From a virus: a stretch of DNA of 64,000 nt. Below are positions 56,787 through 64,000 of the stretch, in pieces. The stretch lies in IMG/VR virus record IMGVR_UViG_3300020424_000003, positions 1-64,000 of that record; one strand, written 5' to 3'. The position numbers were made by a program, and so were the translations under genes. The notes beneath the pieces are model-generated. The model made no database searches. It saw only the letters and a program-made list of their open reading frames with translations, and was not told the DNA's origin. Numbering within the stretch: the first letter of the stretch is position 1; every line of letters begins with the position of its first letter.

Positions 56787-58842
56787 TCTAGCATACACTC
56801 AACAATATAACGTTGGCGACACAGGACCTAACGGTGGTACCGTGCAATCTGTCACGGTGACATCTACTGTTACAGGCACTGAGGTTGCTCTTAATGGTGG
56901 CTTCGAAGAAACAACTACAACAACTCAATACACAGAAACAGTAATAGAACAGATTTCAACAACACAAACAGTAACCAATACCACAACAACCTCAGTAGAA
57001 ACCACAACTACAAATACTTTACCAGCCATAGAAGCTGGTGATTGGTCAGCGGCAGGAACAGCAGGTGGAGTAAATTCTAATTCTTGTAGTTACAGTGGAG
57101 GTATAGCGGCCGGTGAAGCCTGTATGGGTAAGATGAAAAACGTCAACAATAATCTTGTTACCACAGACAACTATAATGTAAACACACTAGGAGGTGGACA
57201 GGTTACTTCAGAGTATATAGAACTAGGATCTAATCTTACTGAAGCTGAAATACAAGCAGGATTCACACTTAACTTTGGTGTACGTGTACAATCACATGGT
57301 TCAAACGCAAATGTACCATATTGTTCTGCAACAAGTGGTGACTGTAAAGATGTATTTAGAGTCACAACCAATTTGTATAAAGCAGATCCAAATGGCGGTA
57401 ACCTCAGCAGTATATTAATTGGTACCTTCAATAGATATGAAACACTAACGTTTTCTAATTTTAGAAATTACAGTTACACAGAAGACATAGGTTCAAACAA
57501 CTACACAGAAATATGGGGTAACATGGAACTATGGGGTGTTGATGCAGGATATCATAAGAACGTATATGGTCCTATATTTTCACAACCATTCATGACTTTG
57601 ACTTATGACGTTCTTACAACTGTAACAGAAACTATAACACAATTAGTTTTAAGCACACAAGAAACAGTTTACAACACATCAGAAGAAACTATTACAAGTA
57701 TTTTCATAGGAGATACTACAACAGACACATCTATACCAGAAATAGACTTTACAGAAGTAGATTCATTTGAAATAGAAATCATTAACGAAGACACTGGCAA
57801 CGGTATTGAAATGGAGTTTAGTGTTGAAGTAGATGAAACAACCAACGTTGCAACAGTTGAAATGGAATCAACAAACATGGGCACAGGTGTAGTTACAGTA
57901 GAAACTATTGCAGAAATAGATCTTAACATTGACTTTGGAAGTCTTGACACAGGCCCAATGGATGTTAATATGCCAAGTGTTGAATCAATTGAAGCAGACA
58001 TTGGTTCACAGATTGATACTGCGGTTGCTGATGCTGTTGCAGAAATAGAAATAGACTTGCCTGATATGTCTACAGATACAACACAGATGGCAGATGCAGG
58101 GCCAGTGGTAGAGATGGCTCCACCAAGTGATGCAGGTCCTAATTCAGAACCAACTGTTGAAGTTGAAGTAAATACTACTGAGACAAGCAATGAGACGAAC
58201 ACGCAAGAGACAGTTTCCGAAACAGAAAGCACAGAGAGTCCAGAAGCGGTTGAGCCAACAAGCGAGACCGTACAAGAGTCCAGTCAAGATGTGGAACAGC
58301 CAGTGGAAGAGAGTGCGAGTGAGCCGGAAGGGTCAGACAGTGGAGACACTGAGTCTGGAGAGGATACCAGTGGGACAGAAACCGAATCCGACTCCAGTGA
58401 TAGCGGAGATGCAGAGTCAAGTGATGGAGAAAGCAACGACTCTTCTTCCAGGGGAGAAAAGTCTGACGGAAAAAGCGGAAATGATAGCAAAAGCAAAAGC
58501 AAGTCAAAACAAAAAGAAAAGTCCAATTCTGAGAAGAAGAAGGAATACGTAGAGAAGAAAGTAGCAGAAGCCAAGCAGAAGATTGCTACAAAAATATTGA
58601 GTGCTATGGCAGATACTTACAATGCTATCAATGAAACCACAAAGATTGCACTTATATCAAGTTTAGCTGACACAAAGAACTTCCAAGCATACCTAGACAA
58701 GCAAAATGCTTTGCCACAGGATTGGTACACTTCAGAACAAGTGTATCAGGATATGCCACAGTTATTAGACCCAGCTTCAGTGCTATACAACATGGCACAA
58801 GACAAAATCATGGACGAAATGATCATGATGCAATATGAATAG
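56692..58842 (+). CDS. Large exported protein with Thr-rich and very acidic low-complexity stalk
   Basis: N-terminal signal/TM, T/E/S/D-rich tracts; start uncertain. Confidence 0.65.
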   Translation: MILKILKKNGRIKQLLGASVLVALVCFYSSYSLAYTQQYNVGDTGPNGGTVQSVTVTSTVTGTEVALNGGFEETTTTTQYTETVIEQISTTQTVTNTTTTSVETTTTNTLPAIEAGDWSAAGTAGGVNSNSCSYSGGIAAGEACMGKMKNVNNNLVTTDNYNVNTLGGGQVTSEYIELGSNLTEAEIQAGFTLNFGVRVQSHGSNANVPYCSATSGDCKDVFRVTTNLYKADPNGGNLSSILIGTFNRYETLTFSNFRNYSYTEDIGSNNYTEIWGNMELWGVDAGYHKNVYGPIFSQPFMTLTYDVLTTVTETITQLVLSTQETVYNTSEETITSIFIGDTTTDTSIPEIDFTEVDSFEIEIINEDTGNGIEMEFSVEVDETTNVATVEMESTNMGTGVVTVETIAEIDLNIDFGSLDTGPMDVNMPSVESIEADIGSQIDTAVADAVAEIEIDLPDMSTDTTQMADAGPVVEMAPPSDAGPNSEPTVEVEVNTTETSNETNTQETVSETESTESPEAVEPTSETVQESSQDVEQPVEESASEPEGSDSGDTESGEDTSGTETESDSSDSGDAESSDGESNDSSSRGEKSDGKSGNDSKSKSKSKQKEKSNSEKKKEYVEKKVAEAKQKIATKILSAMADTYNAINETTKIALISSLADTKNFQAYLDKQNALPQDWYTSEQVYQDMPQLLDPASVLYNMAQDKIMDEMIMMQYE

Positions 58843-58863
58843 ATAAATACACAAGGAGTTATT

Positions 58864-59334
58864 ATGGCAGAAATAGAATATAAAGGTATTAAAGTAGGGG
58901 GCAGTAAGCTATTGCTTGTGATCCCTTTAATAGGTACAATCATAGGTGGTCTTTGGGGAGGCTTTGAGCTTTTCAATAGATATCAAATGATGGAACAAAA
59001 GATCGACAGCTATGTTGCACCAGACCTTAGTGGCTTTGACAAAAAGTTAGCACTTGTACAATCCGAACTTGACATGGTGCTTGAAGAAGTAACCCTTGTT
59101 GCTGATGTGGCCAAAGAACTCAAGAACGACTTACGTGGTGATGTAAGACGTATCGAAAAGATCGTTGAAGACGTTGAAACAAGAGTCAAAAATGACAGTA
59201 GAGAACTTAACACAGACATCAGCGAAGCTATCAAAGATATCAAACAAGAAATGGCTGACCTTGAAGCGAAGATCGAAAAGCAAATTAAAACTGCTTTAGA
59301 AAATCCTTTAAGTAATATGGCAACTACGAAGTAG
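58864..59334 (+). CDS. Single-TM coiled-coil protein
   Basis: MAEIEYKGIKVGG..TM..coiled coil..LENPL. Confidence 0.7.
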   Translation: MAEIEYKGIKVGGSKLLLVIPLIGTIIGGLWGGFELFNRYQMMEQKIDSYVAPDLSGFDKKLALVQSELDMVLEEVTLVADVAKELKNDLRGDVRRIEKIVEDVETRVKNDSRELNTDISEAIKDIKQEMADLEAKIEKQIKTALENPLSNMATTK

Positions 59335-59336
59335 TA

Positions 59337-59738
59337 TTATTCAACAACCTTTACGTGTTTACTTGGTTTAAATCCGTTAGCAGGATTTAACTCTAAGCCA
59401 GTCAATACAATACAAGCAGAGTTTGTTTCAGGAAACAATGCTATGACGCTCCAAGTCTTTGACACTGGATTCATTGCCATAACTCCTGGTTGTTGTAGCA
59501 CTCTTCCATCTGGTATAGGAACAAAAACAATCATGTTTGCTAATGGTTGCTCTTGATACTTTGTAATGGTTTCCATGACTGCATCCATACTTCCGCAATC
59601 TGTTAAAATAGGTAACTTCATAAACGCACTTGGGTTTTGTTCTTGTTCTGGTGCTGGTGTCGGTGTGCTTTCATGCTCTGCCATGGCAGTAACAGAAAGG
59701 AATGACAACAGAATTGCTATTAATAATGTTTTAATCAT
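59337..59738 (-). CDS. Exported protein
   Basis: Signal peptide, two Cys. Confidence 0.6.
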   Translation of the reverse strand: MIKTLLIAILLSFLSVTAMAEHESTPTPAPEQEQNPSAFMKLPILTDCGSMDAVMETITKYQEQPLANMIVFVPIPDGRVLQQPGVMAMNPVSKTWSVIALFPETNSACIVLTGLELNPANGFKPSKHVKVVE

Positions 59739-59761
59739 GATGCATACCTCCTAGTATGCTC

Positions 59762-60304
59762 TTACAAGTATTTAGAAAACGTTTGTTTACTACAAAGGTC
59801 TACAGCTTTTAAATACTGTTCGTCTCCGTTGTAATCAAATATCGAATGATTACTTGGCTTGTCTAATACTAACCAAGCACGTTCCTTTATCTCTCGAGCT
59901 AGTTGTTGTTCAGTCCAGATACTCATACCAGCAAACATTCTCCAACCTTTTGGTGTGTTGCCTGTGGATAACTTTTCAATCATTAACATATCACTTGTCA
60001 TTGCAAGTGACTCTCCACTTTGTAAAGTATTTGTACTTTGCCACTCATTGGTGTGTAATAATAGCACAGAGGTCTCACTCACTGGTCCACCTTTGTGAAC
60101 AAAGGTCTCATCCAGTGCCGGATCAAAAGGAATGTCTTTTAATAATCCTAGGCTACTGCATTTAAATTCAGACGGCTTGTTAAGAATGACACCAATCACA
60201 GATCCATCATCACGTTGTTCATAAATGTAAACAACAGCTCTGGTGAACACAGGATTAGCATTCAGTATAGGTCCTGCTACTAACAGTTTGCCTCTAAACG
60301 ACAT
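59762..60304 (-). CDS. YqgE/AlgH (DUF179) family protein
   Basis: GKLLVA, F.RAVVY, GVILNKP, GGPV, FAG.S.W...QL..EI...AW. Confidence 0.88.
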   Translation of the reverse strand: MSFRGKLLVAGPILNANPVFTRAVVYIYEQRDDGSVIGVILNKPSEFKCSSLGLLKDIPFDPALDETFVHKGGPVSETSVLLLHTNEWQSTNTLQSGESLAMTSDMLMIEKLSTGNTPKGWRMFAGMSIWTEQQLAREIKERAWLVLDKPSNHSIFDYNGDEQYLKAVDLCSKQTFSKYL

Positions 60305-60305
60305 T

Positions 60306-60545
60306 TTAACTCCAGTCTGGTAGTGGTCCGCCATATTTTTTCCCTTTTATTTTCTTTCCGCCTACCGTTACACGCTTCTTGCCAACTTTATGGCTCTTTT
60401 TTCCTGATCGTGTTCGTAGACCTTGTGATTTGCATGAAGCAAGGTTAGAGGCACCGAGAGCAGAATCTGGTCTCGATGATCTACATAACTTCTTAGATGC
60501 CTGTGCTTCAAGCTCAGCATTCGTGTCTAAATCAACTATTCTCAT
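60306..60545 (-). CDS. Small basic protein
   Basis: K/R-rich; TAAATA late-type promoter upstream. Confidence 0.55.
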   Translation of the reverse strand: MRIVDLDTNAELEAQASKKLCRSSRPDSALGASNLASCKSQGLRTRSGKKSHKVGKKRVTVGGKKIKGKKYGGPLPDWS

Positions 60546-60556
60546 TGCAATAGTAT

Positions 60557-60769
60557 TTACCTATATTTGTCTGCAGGGTTTTCATAATTGTCTTTTTCAT
60601 TACATAATCTAAATGTTAGCACTTTTCTCGGTCCTTTCGTTGTATTAACAGAGATGTCACCTGATTTGTCGAAGTATTCTATCTTTGTTATCTTTGCTCG
60701 TTCGTGTTTACCTATCAGAATCTCTTGCCCAACCTGTAAGTTGAGGTTAAGTTGTTTAATATGTGCCAT
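60557..60769 (-). CDS. Small SH3/KOW-like hypothetical protein
   Basis: GGAG RBS; LQVGQEILIGK. Confidence 0.5.
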   Translation of the reverse strand: MAHIKQLNLNLQVGQEILIGKHERAKITKIEYFDKSGDISVNTTKGPRKVLTFRLCNEKDNYENPADKYR

Positions 60770-60911
60770 TGGAGTCTCCTTTCGGACCATTGAACATGGT
60801 CATCGAGATTGTACTAGTATTTATTATAGGCCCCGCTGTAACATTTTCAAATAAATTGGTTTAGTCTATTTGTATCATACCTATAAGGCGATTACATAAG
60901 TAATTTTGCAT

Positions 60912-61505
60912 ATGAACATTTATACACAATTAAATGAACCAAAAGATCTAGATGCAGGTAGTAAATGGTTACCATGCCTACAAACAACGCCGGTTAAACA
61001 CAGGCAGGCGTGGCCAGAAGCATTGTTAATTACACACATTGATGCAATTAAACACTATGATTATGATATAGTGCCTTTGCTTAACCAAACTGTGCATTGT
61101 ATTGGACCAAAGACCTATGACAGACTAAAAGACATGGGCTTTGCCAACGTAAATTTGCATGGCTTGTATGCAGAAGATATTAAGATATCATCAATGCCTA
61201 TTACACCATGCACTTGGTTACATGGAGATCGTTATAGCAAAGACTTTGCAACCTTCACTGGCGTCACTGCTATCCAAACCTACAAGACGTCACTGCTTGA
61301 AGCTTCACTGTCCGAAATAAAAAAAATGGTCACTGACGGTAACCCACCAGAAAAAATTTATGTCTATTCAAACCTTGTATGTGAGGGGTTGCAGGACATA
61401 GACTGGCCACAGACTGAATTGGTTCATGTTGAATCTTGCAAATCGGTTGATCCTGATAAGTGGTTGAAAACAAAGAGTTTTTATCCAGGTCAAGAAACTA
61501 ATTAA
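60912..61505 (+). CDS. Uroporphyrinogen-III synthase (HemD)-like protein, divergent
   Basis: LLITH..AI, VHCIGPKTYDRLKDMGF, AEDI, .Y.T, YVYS pattern. Confidence 0.55.
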   Translation: MNIYTQLNEPKDLDAGSKWLPCLQTTPVKHRQAWPEALLITHIDAIKHYDYDIVPLLNQTVHCIGPKTYDRLKDMGFANVNLHGLYAEDIKISSMPITPCTWLHGDRYSKDFATFTGVTAIQTYKTSLLEASLSEIKKMVTDGNPPEKIYVYSNLVCEGLQDIDWPQTELVHVESCKSVDPDKWLKTKSFYPGQETN

Positions 61506-61659
61506 CCAAAAGGCCCCGCTGTAAGGTCCACCACCAATCCAAAGAAACCTTCCATTTTATGGGCGGTTAAGACCTTCATGAGGCCTTCCACGGTCTGTCG
61601 AAAAATATTTTCCAAAAGAGGTTGACTTTTCTATACTCAGGCCTTATATTAAAAAGTAT

Positions 61660-61887
61660 ATGAAGAACACAACGACAATTATATGGATTGCCTGTGTAGT
61701 TTTTTTGGTAGCAATAACCACCAAAGCAATGGCACACGATTCATTCAACGATAAGGTTAATAATTGGGTTGCTAAAGAGAAAGAAAAGACTATTCAATTC
61801 CAGAAAGAGAGTTGGGCTGAAAGTAAAGAACAATTAGGCAGAACTTGGAATTCAATTAAGAATCTTTTTCAAAAAAAGGCTCAATAG
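61660..61887 (+). CDS. Small exported protein
   Basis: Signal peptide ending AMA; TTGACT promoter. Confidence 0.55.
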   Translation: MKNTTTIIWIACVVFLVAITTKAMAHDSFNDKVNNWVAKEKEKTIQFQKESWAESKEQLGRTWNSIKNLFQKKAQ

Positions 61888-61919
61888 ATAACAATTAAAA
61901 AGGCGGAAGGAGGCCTAGC

Positions 61920-62171
61920 ATGATTAAGAAACTTTCACTTATTATTATATTAGGCCTCGTCACTACGGGTTGCTCGGTGTCTTCACTGACAAAGAATCCG
62001 AAATACGAATGGCTCACTGGCGGACAGGCCGCCTATGGTGATAAGCCAGGTGATGTATGTTATACCTGCGGTGAGAATTTTATTTTCATCAAGAACGAAC
62101 CACTAGGTGCCCAAAGAGAAGCATGGCGAAATGGCTTTTATTGGGGTGGCGATCAAAATCCCAAATATTAA
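61920..62171 (+). CDS. Small lipoprotein
   Basis: TTGC lipobox, CxxC; GGAGG RBS. Confidence 0.6.
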   Translation: MIKKLSLIIILGLVTTGCSVSSLTKNPKYEWLTGGQAAYGDKPGDVCYTCGENFIFIKNEPLGAQREAWRNGFYWGGDQNPKY

Positions 62172-62179
62172 AAAAATAA

Positions 62180-62253
62180 GGGGGAGTGGTATAATGGTAT
62201 TACACGGGTCTCCAAAACCTTAGATCGAGGTTCGATTCCTCGCTCCTCTGCCA
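62180..62253 (+). tRNA. tRNA-Trp (CCA)
   Basis: Loop CTCCAAA, GGTTCGATTCC, CCA end; weak top of anticodon stem. Confidence 0.85.
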
Positions 62254-62383
62254 AAACTTTTTTTCATCTTTTTTCCAAAAGCCAATAAAATCAATGGTTT
62301 ACAAGGCCAAAAAAAGGTTGACCTTTTGAGCATTAGGCCTTATACTATAAACATAATAAGGAATTAGGCAGAGGGCAAAAAAT

Positions 62384-62929
62384 ATGTTAGAACTTATCAA
62401 AGAAATCAAATCCAGAAACATTAAAACAAAGGCTTGGATCGCAGAAGATCCTAAGAACCGTTGGGCAGGTTTATACCCAGAGGACGAAGCCCATTGGGTT
62501 GAAAGGGGTATCACTACCCTTGCTGATCTCGAAAGAGATGAGTTGGCCACTTATATCTATGAAGGCCACAAGGATGCCTTTGGCACAAAAGGTCGTCACT
62601 ACGACTTTGACAGCATGACTCTTCAGGAGTTGAAAGATGAGGCCGACTATATTAGTAAGGCCGCGAACGAAACTTATGAGCGAGAAGAAGCTCATAAGAA
62701 AGAGTGCCTTAATGAGTTCAAGGCTCTCGTTCAAAAGACGATTGCCAATGGTGCTGGCGATGAGGAAACTGCCTTAAGGTGGTTAAGCCAAGGCGAAAAA
62801 TTTTATCACATCCAGGACATTGAATCTTGGGTTTGGGATTACGGTATTCTTTTTACCGACTACGGTAGAGAGCTTGTTAAAAAACTCGAAGGCATAGTGA
62901 CCTTCGAAGAATGGAAGGAGGCTGTATAA
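62384..62929 (+). CDS. Early hypothetical protein
   Basis: TTGACC..TATACT promoter; HKDAFGTKGRHY motif. Confidence 0.65.
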   Translation: MLELIKEIKSRNIKTKAWIAEDPKNRWAGLYPEDEAHWVERGITTLADLERDELATYIYEGHKDAFGTKGRHYDFDSMTLQELKDEADYISKAANETYEREEAHKKECLNEFKALVQKTIANGAGDEETALRWLSQGEKFYHIQDIESWVWDYGILFTDYGRELVKKLEGIVTFEEWKEAV

Positions 62930-63207
62930 TGGGGTTAGAAACTCATGCGATAGTTGAAATCAAAGAAAGGTTTCACAAAGAAGGAAATGCCATGCCACAT
63001 ATGAATTGGGAGTATGGTACATTATATATTGATACCAATAGGCAGGAGGACTTGGATACCATCAAAGATGTTATGTTAAATGAAGTCCTAGTACCTGGCT
63101 GTGATGTTCAGTTTAATTGCCTAAAGGCTACGAAAACTGAGCCTTGGGACCAATGGGCAATGGATATTATCCATAAAAATAGCGACTTCTTAGAGGTTGA
63201 CAAATAA
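62929..63207 (+). CDS. Hypothetical protein
   Basis: GGAGG RBS, TAATG coupling. Confidence 0.55.
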   Translation: MGLETHAIVEIKERFHKEGNAMPHMNWEYGTLYIDTNRQEDLDTIKDVMLNEVLVPGCDVQFNCLKATKTEPWDQWAMDIIHKNSDFLEVDK

Positions 63208-63263
63208 TTAGGCAGGCATTATATTAGTATTATAGGCAATTAAAAATGGAGGCTAGAAAACAA

Positions 63264-63638
63264 ATGATAGGGCAAAAAACAATTAATAAATTAGATATGA
63301 TAGATATCCAACAAAAGGCAAAAATGGCAGGAAAGACAGCCATTCATGATTTCCTAAATGATTGGAATGAGAAGACAGGTGGCAATGAATACGGTGAACC
63401 AATGTATTGTGGTTTTGCCTGGGTTGATGTTTATGTCACAAGAACAAATTCAAAAGAAGCGAAATTATTAGAGTCAGTGGGCTTTAAGAAATCCTACAGA
63501 GCAAAGACAATGACTATGTGGAATCCTGCAGATTACAATGGTCAGTCAATGGATTGTAGAGAAGTAGGTGCTCAGGCCTATGCTGATGTTTTAAGAGCAT
63601 ATGGTTTTAGAGCTTCAATGGGATCGAGGGCAGACTAA
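63264..63638 (+). CDS. Conserved phage hypothetical protein
   Basis: CGFAWV..QSMD..E.GA.AYA.VL..G....SR.D. Confidence 0.65.
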   Translation: MIGQKTINKLDMIDIQQKAKMAGKTAIHDFLNDWNEKTGGNEYGEPMYCGFAWVDVYVTRTNSKEAKLLESVGFKKSYRAKTMTMWNPADYNGQSMDCREVGAQAYADVLRAYGFRASMGSRAD

Positions 63639-64000
63639 TGACAAAGACTACAGAAATATATCCAATGAGAGAAGACCTAGGTAAGAATCTTTATAGGAAG
63701 AAGACTTACTATACGGTCTGCATAGAACAAGATGTTTTGGCCAAAGACAAGGACGAAGCAGAACAGAAGTTCTTAGACGGTGGTGGCATAAACTACGATA
63801 ATGTCAACACGGACTTGACGACAGAAAACGAAGGTGTTGAAACTTATATCTGTGATGCCAATTATACTGAATCAGAAGATACTGAATATCTTGGTAAGGT
63901 TGTATATGAAGATACCGATTATGCAGAAGAAGACGGTTTCGTAGAGATTGATTATTATGCTGAGGAGCATGAAGAATCACCTATGAAGGATTTCAAAGAA
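63638..64000 (+). CDS. Acidic hypothetical protein (3'-truncated)
   Basis: ATG overlaps the previous stop; frame open to the window end. Confidence 0.55.
   Translation, partial: MTKTTEIYPMREDLGKNLYRKKTYYTVCIEQDVLAKDKDEAEQKFLDGGGINYDNVNTDLTTENEGVETYICDANYTESEDTEYLGKVVYEDTDYAEEDGFVEIDYYAEEHEESPMKDFKE

Noticed and set aside
1739-58574. Many antisense ORFs (e.g. 1739-2299, 10117-10644, 24922-25473, 43105-43617, 57669-58232)
   Set aside because: Shadow frames of well-supported genes, with no RBS or family motifs
1-64000. Stop-codon recoding or suppressor tRNA
   Set aside because: Core genes are intact under code 11, all three stops terminate genes, and no suppressor anticodon is seen

Overview
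AT-rich, gene-dense segment of a large T4-like/jumbo myovirus, probably aquatic. It uses standard code 11 and shows no CRISPR array or IS element. The host is most likely an alphaproteobacterium, based on a circularly permuted two-piece tmRNA, a Shemin-pathway ALA synthase, a PcyX-type bilin reductase and an alpha-type PqqA. Most genes run on the minus strand up to about 51.5 kb and on the plus strand after that. Recognisable content: DNA ligase, NrdAB with glutaredoxin, GuaC, endonuclease III, exonuclease, DnaK/Hsp20/ClpS/ClpP, two bS21 genes, a cold-shock protein, six tRNAs plus tmRNA, tetrapyrrole genes (hemA/ALAS, hemD-like, heme oxygenase, pcyX, ybaN), a flavin halogenase, about nine Fe(II)/2OG or cupin oxygenases, PAAR and tail proteins, and a block of probable capsid-internal proteins. 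Signals missed by the ORF track: (1) a 25-aa PqqA precursor gene; (2) two CTC-A9 slippery sites whose -1 frames extend one gene to the next start and fuse another to its neighbour; (3) a late promoter ATAA(A/G)TA exactly 5 nt before ATG in at least 7 genes, suggesting leaderless late mRNAs; (4) ROSE-like thermometers on both hsp20 and dnaK; (5) a Pho-box-like repeat upstream of a PiT-like transporter; (6) an unusually long 29-aa tmRNA tag. All family calls come from motif recognition by eye, not database searches.
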